A stretch of DNA of 64,000 nt from Raja brachyura. Taxonomy: Eukaryota. The stretch is taken from NCBI GenBank assembly GCA_963514005.1, contig OY740801.1, positions 23,684,001-23,748,000 of the forward strand, in the 5' to 3' direction. Shown here in pieces: positions 53,901 through 61,888 of this stretch; positions within the stretch are counted from its first letter, which is position 1, and each line of letters starts with the position of its first letter. The position numbers and the translations under genes are program-made. Below the pieces are notes generated by a model that saw nothing but the letters and a program-made list of their open reading frames with translations, was not told the origin of the DNA and ran no database searches.

Positions 53901-56900
53901 AGTGCGCCGTGTCGAGAAATACACAAGTTCTTCCTGTAAACAGCAAACCCATTGAGGAAACATGTTCAAATCTTTAATAGCAACAGGATGAATCAGAAAC
54001 AGGAAGCGCCGTGTAATGCTGGAGTGCAAGATTTCTGGTGCCACGAGTAACCTTGAACTTGGGCTGTGCCTTATCACAGCCTGGCACTGATTAATTGCCT
54101 TGGGCATGAGGGTACAGGCAAACAGTCCACCACCAACGTTAAATGCTCTTTTCTTTTGAGGCATTGGTGAACATTCAGCAGTGGTTACAGCTGAGTTTCT
54201 AGGATGTAACTATTTTGCATTTATTTAATTGTATAAATTATCCCTGTGTGTTTCAGCAAAAGCAATTGTGCAAGACACGCTGAGCATCCTGAGGTACATC
54301 GTGGAGAACGTGTCTGGGGAGGTGACCAAATCCCGCCAGATCTGCTACCAGTCCCTTCAAGAGTCGGTGCAGGTCTCCCTGGCCCTCTTCCCAGTCTTTA
54401 TTCACCATCCGGGTACGGCAGTCTTTAGTTTACAGAGATAAGACCAGAAAAGGTAGAAATACTCGCGTTGTACGGCATCTGTGGAAAGAGGAATAGTTCG
54501 GGTTTAGATCAGTAACATTCCTTCAGAGCTGAGCAAAGTCAAACATACCTCAAGTTACAGAGGAGGGTGGAGGGGACAAAGGGATACATGTGATGGGAAG
54601 GAGGCCACGAGAGAGTGAATGACATGAGTGGGGGCAGGTGATCTGTCGGGGATTGCAAGTAGGAGACAGATGCTGCCTGACTTGCTGGGTGTTTCCAACA
54701 CTTTCTGCTTCCAACGTCTGCAAATTTTTGCCACTTACTTACATGTACTTGAGGTTCAGTGAGCAGCGCTACCCGTGGCTTCAGGGGCACATTGTTTGGG
54801 TTCCACTTGCAATCTGCCTGGAACTTCCTCGAATGAGATGAGGACATAAGGAACTGCAGATGCTGCAATCATGAAACGTAAAATGCTGAAGCAACATCTC
54901 TGGCGAGCATGGATAAGTAATGTTTTGGGTTGCGTCTGAAGAAGGGTCCCGGCCCAAAACATCACCTCTCCATATTCTCCAGAGACACTGTCTGACCCAC
55001 TAAGTTGCTGCATCACTCTGTTCTAATGGTGAATGTGGGTGTTACGCCCCCAGCTTTGGCGTCGTCCCACTGCCCAATCAGATCAAGTAAAGGATCCAAC
55101 TAAATTGCATCCCATCTGACCCGCCACAAAGATGCATTGCAATTAAATCGATACTGAGAGTGGTAGGTTTTTGTTGGCTAACTGTTATAGATTTGGAATA
55201 AAGGTACGCAAGATAGGTTTGGTTAAAGACCAGCCAGTTTAATATCAGTTAAAACTAGAACCTCCTGGTCCTGTAATTATGACCCCGAGTACCACCAGTG
55301 AGGAACATGTTGTCGGGTGTTCCCTTCACAGGAGGTTGGTTCCTTCTCAATCACATAACATGGTATCCTGACTTCATTCTTATCGGGGGTAGACAAAAAT
55401 GCTGGAGAAACACAGCGGGTGAGGCAGCATCTATTCCTTTGCTCCATAGATGCTGCCTCACCCGCTGAGTTTCTCCAACATTTTTGCCTACCTTCGATTT
55501 TTTGCAGCATCTGAAGTTCTTTCTTAATCATTCTTATCGGGCGTTCCTTCTTACCAGTGAGGTACTCTGCCAGTTATCAACCTGCTTTGTCTTGCAGGAC
55601 TTCTAGGGCTGAGGTGCCTGACTGATATCCAGTCTTATAGTAACTTGCACGGTGGCGCAGCGGTAGAGTTGCTGCCTTTCAGTGCTTGCATTGCCAGAGA
55701 CCCGGGTTCGATCCTGACTACGCGAGCTGTCTGTACGGAGTTTGTACGTTCTCCCCGTGACCTGTTTGGGTTTTCTCCGAGATCTTCAGTTTCCTTCCAA
55801 ACTCCAAAGAAGTGTAGGTTTGTAGGTTAATTGGCTTGGTAAATGCAAAAATTGTTCCTCGTGTGTGTAGGATAGTGTTAATGTGCGGGGATCACTGGTC
55901 GGCGCGGGCCGAAGAGCCCGTTTCTGAGCTGTATCGCTAAACTAAACTGCAAGATGTGTTATGTAGTTTTGTTTTAGTGATACAGCATGGAAAACGGTCC
56001 TTCCGCAAACCGACTATCGATCACCCATTCACACACATACTATGTTAAACCACTTTCTCATCCACTCCCTTCACACTAAGGACAATTTACGGAGGCCAGA
56101 TAACCTACAGACCTACGCGTCTTTTAGATGGTGGGAACTGGAGTACCCGTAGAAAACCCATGCTGTCACAGGGAGTACGTGCACACTCCACACAGTCAGT
56201 CCCCAAGGTCGGGATTGAACTCTGGACTCCAGTCCTGTGAAGCAGCGGCTCTATTGGGGCTTGGAAGGTGGGCTGGAGGTGTGCGGGAGCCACATTTGGT
56301 GAAATCCTGCTATCTCACGTTCCATAAGAAATAGTGCATTGTTTAATATGTTTTCAAGGATACATCTGGGAATACTGGAATATCAGTACTTTTGTGATTG
56401 GCATCTGTAAAAATGTCAGAAAGTGGGTAAAGCTGATCAAATCTCCGTGACATTAAGTTGTGGTTGCAACTTTAATTCCAATTACCTTTTACGAGCACGG
56501 ATTGACGCCATGTAGCATGAGTCCACCCATGGTAGATGTGTGGTGTCCTACTGTTCCAACTGGGTGCAGGCTGAAGTTGTCCCCTCTCCCTTCCAGGTAT
56601 CACAGATGAGATGCTCAGCTTCTTCCTCACTTTGTTTCAAGGCCTCAGGGTGCAGATGGGAGTTCCCTTCACAGAACAGATCATCCAAACGTTCCTCAAC
56701 ATGTTCACCAGGTAAGTGGCCTTGTCGACGTGAATGGTGAGACCCTGGGCTTTTAAAGATGGGTTGTGGAGTTCGTTCGCTCGTGTGTCGGACGATGTCG
56801 CTCGCTGTTGGCTTCTGTCATCGTCCAACATGTGGACAGAATTGTCGCCCGATGCATCACAGAGTGTATCGTGTTGTCGCTTCCACGGATCGCCACAAGG

Positions 56901-59900
56901 AACCTTCTGTCATGATCCCTGGTTGTGGAGTGAGAGGAGACTTTCCTGCAAGTGGGTCAGTTGTGGCTGGAAAATTGGTGGTGCTTTCACAACCTTCTTT
57001 CCAAAGTGACTGCATTCACATTCTCCTCCTGCCCTGGCTGTGAGATCACACACGGTTTGTGGAAGTGATTCCTCTATCTTGCCATGAGCCCTGTGTATGA
57101 CGTGGGACTTCCCTTCTGTTCCACAGGGAGCAGTTGGCCGAAAGCATTCTTGAGGAGGGCAGTGGGGGCTGCCGAGTGGTGGAGAAGTTTCTGAAAATCC
57201 TGCAGGTGGTGGTCCAGGAACCAGGGCAGGTGTTCAAGCCGTTCCTCCCCAGCATCATTTCCCTCTGCATGGATCAGGTCTACCCAATCGTAGCAGAGGT
57301 AAGGCTCTCACTCTCTCACTTCCAAAGCTGCTCTAGTGAGCTGTGCAGGTGCATCACTACATCCTGAAGGCAGCCTTGTGTCATAAAAATATTTGGGGTT
57401 TCTGCACCTCACAGATCTGTCAATGTCCCATTGAGTATTATTAGCTGTCTGAGGGGTGGAGGGGGAAAGCAGAGGTAATGGTAAAGGCCATTCTTAATCT
57501 TTTTGAATGAAGAAGCACGTTTAAAGGACTGGATGTTGTGTGCTGTGTTCTATTCCATCTGCGCAACTTATGCTGATATTCTTGCTCACCAGCGGTCCTC
57601 GCCCGATGTGAAGATGGAGCTGTTTGAGCTGCTTTACCAGATTCTGCACAACAACTGGCGTTTTTTCTTTAAATCCTCGGTCTTGGCGAGTGTTCAGCGT
57701 GGAACAGCTGAGGAACCGATGGAGAATGAAGGCCAGTTTAGTTCTGCCATGCAGGTAACGGGTTACTGATTGTGGTCCTTGGTAGTTTGTCCGTTGCCCC
57801 AAGATTGCTCTCCCTAACTAACTGGTTAACTTAATTAGTACCAGGTTATGGAGAATTGCAAAGATCCTGTGCTTCTGTTCAGGTGAATTCACTTGTGAAC
57901 ATTTAATCCTTAATCAATGTGGCAAACTGTTTGGAAAGCAAAAAAAAAACTGCGCTGGAAATCTGAAATAACAACATGCTAGAAATATTCATGATCTTGC
58001 GTTGTCGTTCTTTGTCATACACCCAAGTGGGGCAGGGTGCAGGTGCAATGAAAACCTTGTTTCAGTGTGAAATAATTGCATCTGTAACGTACCCACTCGT
58101 CATATCTGATATTTTCTGTTATTATGTCGCCAACTATTTATACAGTTAAATCTCAGTTGAATATTTTGTTGATTTGTTCAACAAAACTATTTGCTGAATC
58201 ATGATACGAGCAAGTTGACTGCTGAGATTTCTATGTGACAAAGAAGCTGTACCTTAATCGGTACATGTGACAATAAACAGACCTTAAAACCTCAACCGTG
58301 CCCAGTTTTCAGCAAGTACTTGGCTATATGATGTTTTCTGGAAAAGTCTGGAAGATTGGGTCTGTGTGAATGCCCATTCTTTGCACAGTGCAACTGCCTG
58401 CTGACAGTATGACCATAAGCTGCCTCCATCTCTGCATGCGCTAATTGCAGTGAAGTGGTGTTAACATCACGCACGTGGCCTTACTCCAGAGGGTTCACTG
58501 ATGCCCTCGGCTGCACACTGGTGCTGAAACAGCCAAGAGTGCTGTGATTGTATCATGAGCAGTCTGTGATGAAGCCTGGCATTCTGCACCCTAATGCTTC
58601 CTGTTCTTTTGCCAGGCCTTCGGACAGTCCTTTCTCCAGCCCGACATTCAGATCTTTAAACAGAACCTGTTTTACCTGGAGACACTTAACACCAAACACA
58701 AGCTGTACCACAAGGTGAGTGCTGCTCAGCTGTACTATGTGCAGTCATTTAGGACGGGTCTCCTCACTCTGACATTTTGCCCCTCATCCTCCTGGCACAG
58801 TTGCCGCATCTCCCAGACAGAAGGTGAACTGTGCACAGTCCTATACAGTCATCGGGTAATACAGCATGGAAACGGGCCCTTCAGCTCAAAGCCCTTGCTG
58901 GCCAAGGTGCCCAGCCTACGCTGGTCCTTCCTGCCTGCGTTTGAACCATATCCCTCTAAACCTTTCCTATCCAAGTAGCTGTCCAAGTGCTTTTCAATTT
59001 TTGTGTTTGTACATGCAACAACTACCTCCTCTAGCGGCTCATTCCATATACCCACCACCCTCTGTGTGTAAAAGTTGCCCTATTCAATCTTTCCCCTCTC
59101 ACCATAAACCTATGTCCTCTGGTTCTTGATTACCCTGCTCTGGGTTTAAAGACTACATTCACCCTAACTATTCCCCTCATGATCTTATACACTTCCGTAA
59201 GATCACCCCTCAGCTTCCTGTGCTCCAAGGAATAAAATCCCAGCCTGCCCGACCTCTTCCTACAGCTCGGGCCCTCGAGTCCTGGCAATATCCTCGTAAA
59301 TCTCCTCTGCACCCTTTCCAGGTTAAGCCTGAAATGCTGCATGTCTGCGACAGTTTATAGCAGTTGGAACTGCGAAAATTCTTGTGGCATGCAAAGAAAT
59401 ATGTCATGAGCTTCACCCAAATGTATACTTTGCCTATCAATGCAAAACCAAATTACAGAGGGGTGCAGATTATTTATAAACCCAGCTAGAGTGCTAAAAA
59501 TAGATTTCTCAAGGTGGGGGCGAGCAGATGACACGTACTGGACCTCCATGCAAACACCCTTGAATCAAGCAGGTTTGAGTAAAATACCTGAAGTGTGATC
59601 ATAATGTAATTGTGCGTGTGTGTGTGTTGAGTTTGAGAATAAGTCGGTTAAGTCTGACGTAGAATCTGAATGTAAATGCAAACCACTTTAGATAGAACTG
59701 GATAACTGGATTAAAAGATTTAGTTCAAGATGACCAAAAGAAACCATTGAAAGAACTAACGGCTGCAGTTGCCGTCTAATCCTGGCCTCTGTGTGTGTCA
59801 AGCTACTGAGCTCTGCTGAGAGACCAGTGCAAAACAATGAAATTAAACCAGGGCAGAGCATTCACAGGACCATGGGGAACATGGTGAGGCAGAGAGACCA

Positions 59901-61888
59901 CAAGGGTTCAAATACATACTCCCCTGAAAGTAGCAGCATAAATGGGCAGGGCCATGATATTCATTGAGAGCAGGAGTTGGGACATCATGGTACAGTTGGT
60001 CAGGCCACACGTGTGGAGTATTGTGTGCAGTCTCTGCTACGTTATAGGAATGATGTGATTAAGATGAAGTGCAGGGGAGATTCATAAGGATGTTGCATGG
60101 AGGCCTTAAGTTATACAGAGAAACAGGAAAGGCTGGATCTTTTTGTCCCAGGAGAAAAAGAAGGCAAAGAACTGACACTATAGAGATATATAAAATTAGA
60201 CGGGCCTGGTGAGAGATTACAGATGCTGGAATCATGAGCAAAAAGTTGACAGCTCGAGTAACTCAGCAGGTCAGGCAGCATCTGTGGTGGGGGGGGGGGG
60301 ATAAAATAGACAACATATCAAGTCGGGACTCTATGCAGATAGATACACTAGAGGGTGCAGGTTTAATATGCGAGAAGTTTAAAAGGGGATCTGAGGGGTA
60401 CATTTTTCATACACTATTTGGGGTCTGAAATGAGTGGTGGAGTCAGGAAGAATGACAGCATGTCAGAGGTATCTAGACAACAGTGTTACAAGGAAATGTG
60501 AAAGTAATGCAGGCAAGTGAGGTTAGTATAGGTGGGCATGGTCAGCATAGTTGTGGTGGGCCAAAGGCCCTGTTTCTTTGCTGTAAATCTCTTGCAAGCA
60601 GTAACCTCATAATTGCCAGTACAGTGTCGTGTTCCTTCTATTGCTTACTTATCTTCTTGCAGACAGCAAGGAACTATAATTGTAGTATTTAATTACTGCA
60701 ATGTTGGAGGGTGTCAGGAAGACATCCTTTTATGTTTATATAGCAACTGAGAGCCCTTTCCGCTGTGATCCGTTTTAGAGTGCAGCCGCTGCAGCAGCCA
60801 AAAATGTTCCAAAAATAACATTGACTGCCTAGTAATTTATTTGAAAGAATATAAACAGTTGAGAGACAACAGGGACTGCAGATGCTGGAATCTGGGGCAG
60901 CAAACAAGTGGAGGAACTCAGCAGGTCAAGCAGCATCTGTGGAGTGACAGGAATTGTCGATGAGGTTCCTGGTCAATTTACTGCTTCAGCCGTGTAAGGG
61001 GTCCAGCAGAGTGGAGGCGTTAACAGTTTCAAGGACTTTGCTACATTCATATGCAAAATCAGTGATTTACTTTAATTTAGAGATACAGCATGGAAACGGG
61101 TCCGTTGAATCCGTGCTGACCATCGATCACCCATTCATACTAATTCTATGTTATCCCACTTTCTCATCCACTCCTTACACAATAGGGACAATTTACAGGA
61201 GCCAATTAACCTACAAATCTCCAATGTCTTAGTGCCCGGTGGAAACCCATGAGGCCACGGAGCATGTGCAAACTCCACACAGACAACACCTGGGGTCGGG
61301 ATCGAACGTGGATGTCTGGCGCTGTGAGGCAGCAGCTCTACCCACTGTGCCCATGTGGTGCCCACCTGCCTGAAGGGCAGTGGTGTTCAGTAGCAAGTGC
61401 AGATTATCTAAACTGCAGTGTATAGCGAGGGATGAATCCTGCTGTGCAAGTGGTACTCGTCTGCCCGACTCGCTGAATCCCTCTGCCACTGTGTGTTTTG
61501 CTCATGGCTCTAGTACCTGCATACCTCCATGGTACTGTTCCAGTCTGCTAGCTGTGACTAGGGCAGGGCCTTGTTGGTCTCCATCAAGGTCAGGCTTTCA
61601 GACTCTGAAGTTACTTTACCTCTTGCTCACTGTTTGTCTTTTTTGTTTCCCTGCCAGAAAATCTTCCGGACAACCATGCTCTTTCAATTCGTCAACGTGC
61701 TGCTGCAAGTGCTGGTGCACAAGTCTCACGACCTGTTGCAGGAGGAGATTGGCATTGCTGTGTACAACATGGCCTCTGTGGACTTCAGCAGCTTCTACGC
61801 TGCCTTTTTACCCCACTTCCTGGTCAACTGCGATGGTGTTGACTCCAATCAGAGAACAGTGCTCGGAAGAAACTTCAAAATGGACAGG
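14906..61888 (+). CDS. XPO6: Exportin-6 gene, multi-exon (human-equivalent exons 2-23; start-codon exon and final exon not in window)
   Basis: 22 GT-AG exons with consistent phases sum to 3273 nt (1091 codons), from ASEEASLRALESLMTEFFH to ...VLGRNFKMDR, matching vertebrate exportin-6 as recalled. Confidence 0.98.
15701..18297 (-). mobile_element. Long CR1-type LINE fragment (ORF2 RT)
   Basis: ENYRPVSLTSVVGKMLE, QHGF, SGVPQGSVLGP, KFADDTKL, the C-terminal CR1 motif, and IMGDFN (APE domain) near 18290. Confidence 0.95.
17420..17574. mobile_element. Short PLE-derived element inserted into a CR1 LINE, 14-bp TSD
   Basis: TSD ataaattcacctgt at 17406-17419 and 17575-17588. Minus-strand hammerhead-like core at 17482-17509. 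Confidence 0.82.
18976..19088 (+). CDS. XPO6: XPO6 exon 3 (113 nt)
   Basis: cctacag|AAGAG...TTTGAG|gtgagt; EELLNNFAQQIGAWQHCIYFLSNTRNEYVMMYNLTVFE. Confidence 0.96.
19597..19794 (+). CDS. XPO6: XPO6 exon 4 (198 nt)
   Basis: atccag|AACCTG...TTGCAG|gtaaag; NLINKMWLGVPSQDKMEIRSCLPK...DWPMFYHDFFSSTLQ. Confidence 0.97.
20324..20483 (+). CDS. XPO6: XPO6 exon 5 (160 nt)
   Basis: tttcag|TTAATC...CTGACAG|gtcagt; LIQAPSTTPLGLIMLKTTSEELACPREDLSVARKEELRKLLLDQVPAVLGLLT. Confidence 0.96.
21620..22660 (-). mobile_element. HERO/R2-group non-LTR retrotransposon remnant (zinc knuckle + restriction-like endonuclease)
   Basis: Minus strand: LC...WRHILSGC...QGQYTWWYNQVL, then IVYFIELTVPWENLVDEAYERKKFRYVELAAEVEQ*RWRARVCQVEVGCRGFIA (22230-22069). 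Left boundary approximate. Confidence 0.82.
23305..23678 (+). mobile_element. CR1 LINE 3' end
   Basis: DAGKMFPMLGKSRTRGHNLRIRGRPFRTEMRK; ends in (tttctatg)2. Confidence 0.9.
24050..24780 (+). mobile_element. Ancient decayed LINE, APE endonuclease region
   Basis: Frameshifted remnants resembling PDIVVL.ESFL and .DESVLL motifs. Confidence 0.45.
24790..25950 (-). mobile_element. Rex1/L2-like LINE 3' fragment, interrupted by a MITE (related pieces at about 1993-3290, 4700-5080, 42670-43000)
   Basis: Minus-strand peptides ELVIDFR-like, NNLSWSNHIDT..KKAH and LTNFYRRTIESIL; related copies carry a tttattattgtcacgtgtacc-type 3' terminus. Confidence 0.75.
25121..25398. mobile_element. MITE / non-autonomous DNA transposon with ~90-bp terminal inverted arms
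   Basis: cctgtcccactaaggaaacctgaatggaaacctctggagactttgc... is mirrored by ...gcaaagtctccagaggtttccattccggtttcctaagtggaacagg. The same peptide appears in opposite-strand ORFs. TSD not resolved. Confidence 0.85.
27306..27383 (+). CDS. XPO6: XPO6 exon 6 (78 nt)
   Basis: tttgcag|GTATT...AGTG|gtaggt; GILETIWDKNSVTAATPPPSPTSGNS. Confidence 0.95.
30779..31100. mobile_element. Nested PLE-derived elements (younger arm 30847-30974 inside an older palindrome)
   Basis: Inner copy flanked by acacaggtga(t/c)gt at 30834-30846 and 30975-30987. Minus-strand hammerhead core at 30947-30974. Confidence 0.72.
31462..31561 (+). mobile_element. PLE-derived arm with decayed hammerhead
   Basis: taggt-CTGAAGTA-gggtctcgaccc-GAAATGTT-gccta: stem I (taggt/gccta) and stem II pair, but the core is mutated. 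Confidence 0.65.
33794..34082 (+). mobile_element. tRNA-derived SINE (HE1/V-SINE-like)
   Basis: ggcggcacagtggcgcagc...ggttcgatcc...ggtttcctcccacattccaaa. Confidence 0.85.
35924..36377 (+). CDS. XPO6: XPO6 exon 7 (454 nt)
   Basis: ctgttag|GTGAT...GAAAG|gtaagc; GDLLSSLLQAPLAAKLLNQPIPILD...KSRLEELEE. Confidence 0.97.
37680..37900 (-). mobile_element. CR1 LINE 3' end (more decayed CR1 pieces near 1235-1385, 20686-20885, 25960-26345, 45260-45825, 46150-46600, 59900-60590, 62420-63120)
   Basis: LWNSLPHKAVGTKSLGIFKAEIDRLL motif on the minus strand. Confidence 0.8.
38272..38398 (+). CDS. XPO6: XPO6 exon 8 (127 nt)
   Basis: cgtgtag|CTAT...CATCAG|gtgaga; SYVEKFTDFLRLFVSVHLRRIESNSQFPVVEFLGLLFKYTFHQ. 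Confidence 0.96.
38531..38640 (+). CDS. XPO6: XPO6 exon 9 (110 nt)
   Basis: poly-T ccag|CCTAGT...AACAG|gtcagc; PSHEGYFSCLDIWTIFLDYLTSKIKSRLADRDEVLN. Confidence 0.96.
42067..42175 (+). CDS. XPO6: XPO6 exon 10 (109 nt)
   Basis: ttcacag|GTAC...GATGAT|gtgagt; RYKGALVMLLTEVLHRVQFRYNQAQLEELDDETLDDD. Confidence 0.96.
43395..43585. mobile_element. Degenerate palindromic PLE-derived element (similar copies near 39810-39930, 40245-40340, 42275-42430, 54843-55020, 60215-60330, 60865-61000)
   Basis: Shares aactgcagatgct...ggagtaac and gagttactccagca motifs with the better-preserved copies. Confidence 0.6.
43758..43850 (+). CDS. XPO6: XPO6 exon 11 (93 nt)
   Basis: cttgcag|CAACAG...ACAATC|gtaagt; QQTEWQRYLRQSLEVVAKVMELLPSHAFSTI. 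Confidence 0.95.
44661..44730 (+). CDS. XPO6: XPO6 exon 12 (70 nt)
   Basis: tccctag|TTTCCC...CAAG|gtaagt; FPILQDNLEVYLGLQQFVVTTGQ. Confidence 0.94.
44859..45049. mobile_element. Older palindromic PLE-derived element
   Basis: Inverted arms. Flanks ttaatgctgcaagaa (44844-44858) and ttattgctgcaagaa (45050-45064). Confidence 0.65.
46870..47053. mobile_element. Palindromic PLE-derived element
   Basis: aggtagacacaaaatgctggagtaactc.../...gagttactccagcattttgtgtctacct. Flanks gatacaccattggt (46856-46869) and gatacataattggt (47054-47067). Confidence 0.72.
47523..47682 (+). CDS. XPO6: XPO6 exon 13 (160 nt)
   Basis: tctttag|TTCAC...GAAAG|gtaaga; VHRLNITAENDCRRLHCSLRDLSSLLQTSGRLAEYFIGDVFAGRFNDALRVVE. 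Confidence 0.95.
47918..48482 (-). mobile_element. CR1 LINE 3' fragment nested in another LINE 3' region (about 47825-49050)
   Basis: RPHLEYCVQFWSP...RTETRKHFFSQRV. Confidence 0.9.
48585..48715. repeat. GC-rich degenerate ~22-24-bp tandem repeat
   Basis: gcggttggggcagtcaagccatcc / gcagtcggggcgatcaaagccccc / gcagtcggggcaacc... Confidence 0.55.
49723..49815 (+). CDS. XPO6: XPO6 exon 14 (93 nt)
   Basis: ttctcag|GCTA...GATGT|gtaagt; RLVEVTSYGSQIKLYDMETAVPSVLKPDLID. Confidence 0.95.
50230..50579 (+). mobile_element. CR1 LINE 3' end
   Basis: GHSLRIKRRPLKTEVRKNVFTQRVVNLWNSLP; tttctatgtttctatg tail. Confidence 0.9.
51503..51647 (+). CDS. XPO6: XPO6 exon 15 (145 nt)
   Basis: cttgcag|CCAC...ACAAAG|gtatgt; VHAQSLAALQAYAHWLAQFYSEVQRQNPEQFVSLISTAMEATAPLISTK. 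Confidence 0.96.
51928..52074 (+). CDS. XPO6: XPO6 exon 16 (147 nt)
   Basis: cggcag|GTGCCA...CAAGAG|gtaggt; VPEKLLLSACHLLLSLATTVRPVFLVRIRAVQKIFDRITDGSARQLPQE. Confidence 0.95.
52263..53211 (+). mobile_element. Penelope-like retroelement remnant (RT core, C-terminal endonuclease region, 3' end with decayed hammerhead)
   Basis: From 52276 the frame reads YACLFVGYVEQSLFQAYTDPIHELYLFYIDDCIGA (YIDD at 52357-52368). Later: SEMASFFRKRGFPS and VAQHFNSPSHS...RKLEEQHLIFCLGSL, typical of the PLE GIY-YIG tail. Internally deleted and frameshifted. Flanked by acaaaatgtat (52249-52259 / 53212-53222). Confidence 0.88.
53633..53822 (+). CDS. XPO6: XPO6 exon 17 (190 nt)
   Basis: cccccag|GGTAAG...GCCA|gtgagt; GKVLVCRALSNMLLLPWPNLPESEQQWAGRSTNHANLISTLTREYRQLK... 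Confidence 0.95.
54257..54412 (+). CDS. XPO6: XPO6 exon 18 (156 nt)
   Basis: tttcag|CAAAA...CCGG|gtacgg; TKAIVQDTLSILRYIVENVSGEVTKSRQICYQSLQESVQVSLALFPVFIHHP. Confidence 0.95.
55388..55527. mobile_element. Palindromic PLE-derived element lacking the hammerhead centre, 14-bp TSD
   Basis: Inverted arms of about 45 bp. TSD tcattcttatcggg at 55374-55387 and 55528-55541. Confidence 0.8.
55647..55948 (+). mobile_element. tRNA-derived SINE (HE1/V-SINE-like)
   Basis: A box tggcgcagcgg, B box ggttcgatcc, central gtttgtacgttctccccgtgacc domain, CR1-like tail, taaactaaact end. Confidence 0.88.
55972..56252 (-). mobile_element. tRNA-derived SINE, reverse orientation
   Basis: Reverse complement of the same SINE family (caactccacacag-like segment, gggattgaac B box). 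Confidence 0.78.
56597..56711 (+). CDS. XPO6: XPO6 exon 19 (115 nt)
   Basis: ttccag|GTATC...ACCAG|gtaagt; GITDEMLSFFLTLFQGLRVQMGVPFTEQIIQTFLNMFT. Confidence 0.96.
57127..57298 (+). CDS. XPO6: XPO6 exon 20 (172 nt)
   Basis: ccacag|GGAG...GCAGAG|gtaagg; REQLAESILEEGSGGCRVVEKFLKILQVVVQEPGQVFKPFLPSIISLCMDQVYPIVAE. Confidence 0.97.
57593..57754 (+). CDS. XPO6: XPO6 exon 21 (162 nt)
   Basis: caccag|CGGTCC...ATGCAG|gtaacg; RSSPDVKMELFELLYQILHNNWRFFFKSSVLASVQRGTAEEPMENEGQFSSAMQ. Confidence 0.96.
58616..58714 (+). CDS. XPO6: XPO6 exon 22 (99 nt)
   Basis: ttgccag|GCCTTC...CACAAG|gtgagt; AFGQSFLQPDIQIFKQNLFYLETLNTKHKLYHK. Confidence 0.97.
58845..59322 (-). mobile_element. CR1 LINE 3' fragment
   Basis: LERVQRRFTRILPGLE...SLEHRKLRGDLTEVYKIMRG. 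Confidence 0.85.
61075..61352 (-). mobile_element. tRNA-derived SINE, reverse (others: 36520-36757 -, 53240-53515 -, 63255-63502 -, 4350-4545 +, 41255-41470 +, 44105-44345 +, 50800-51190 +)
   Basis: tgcaaactccacacagac...gggatcgaac...ctgtgaggcagcagctctacccactgtgcc. Confidence 0.8.
61658..61888 (+). CDS. XPO6: XPO6 exon 23 (231 nt)
   Basis: ctgccag|AAAATC...GACAGG|gttagt; KIFRTTMLFQFVNVLLQVLVHKSHDLLQEEIGIAVYNMASVDF...LGRNFKMDR. Confidence 0.96.

Noticed and set aside
55647-55720. tRNA gene (A and B boxes)
   Set aside because: The boxes are the head of a SINE, followed by SINE body and tail; no complete cloverleaf.
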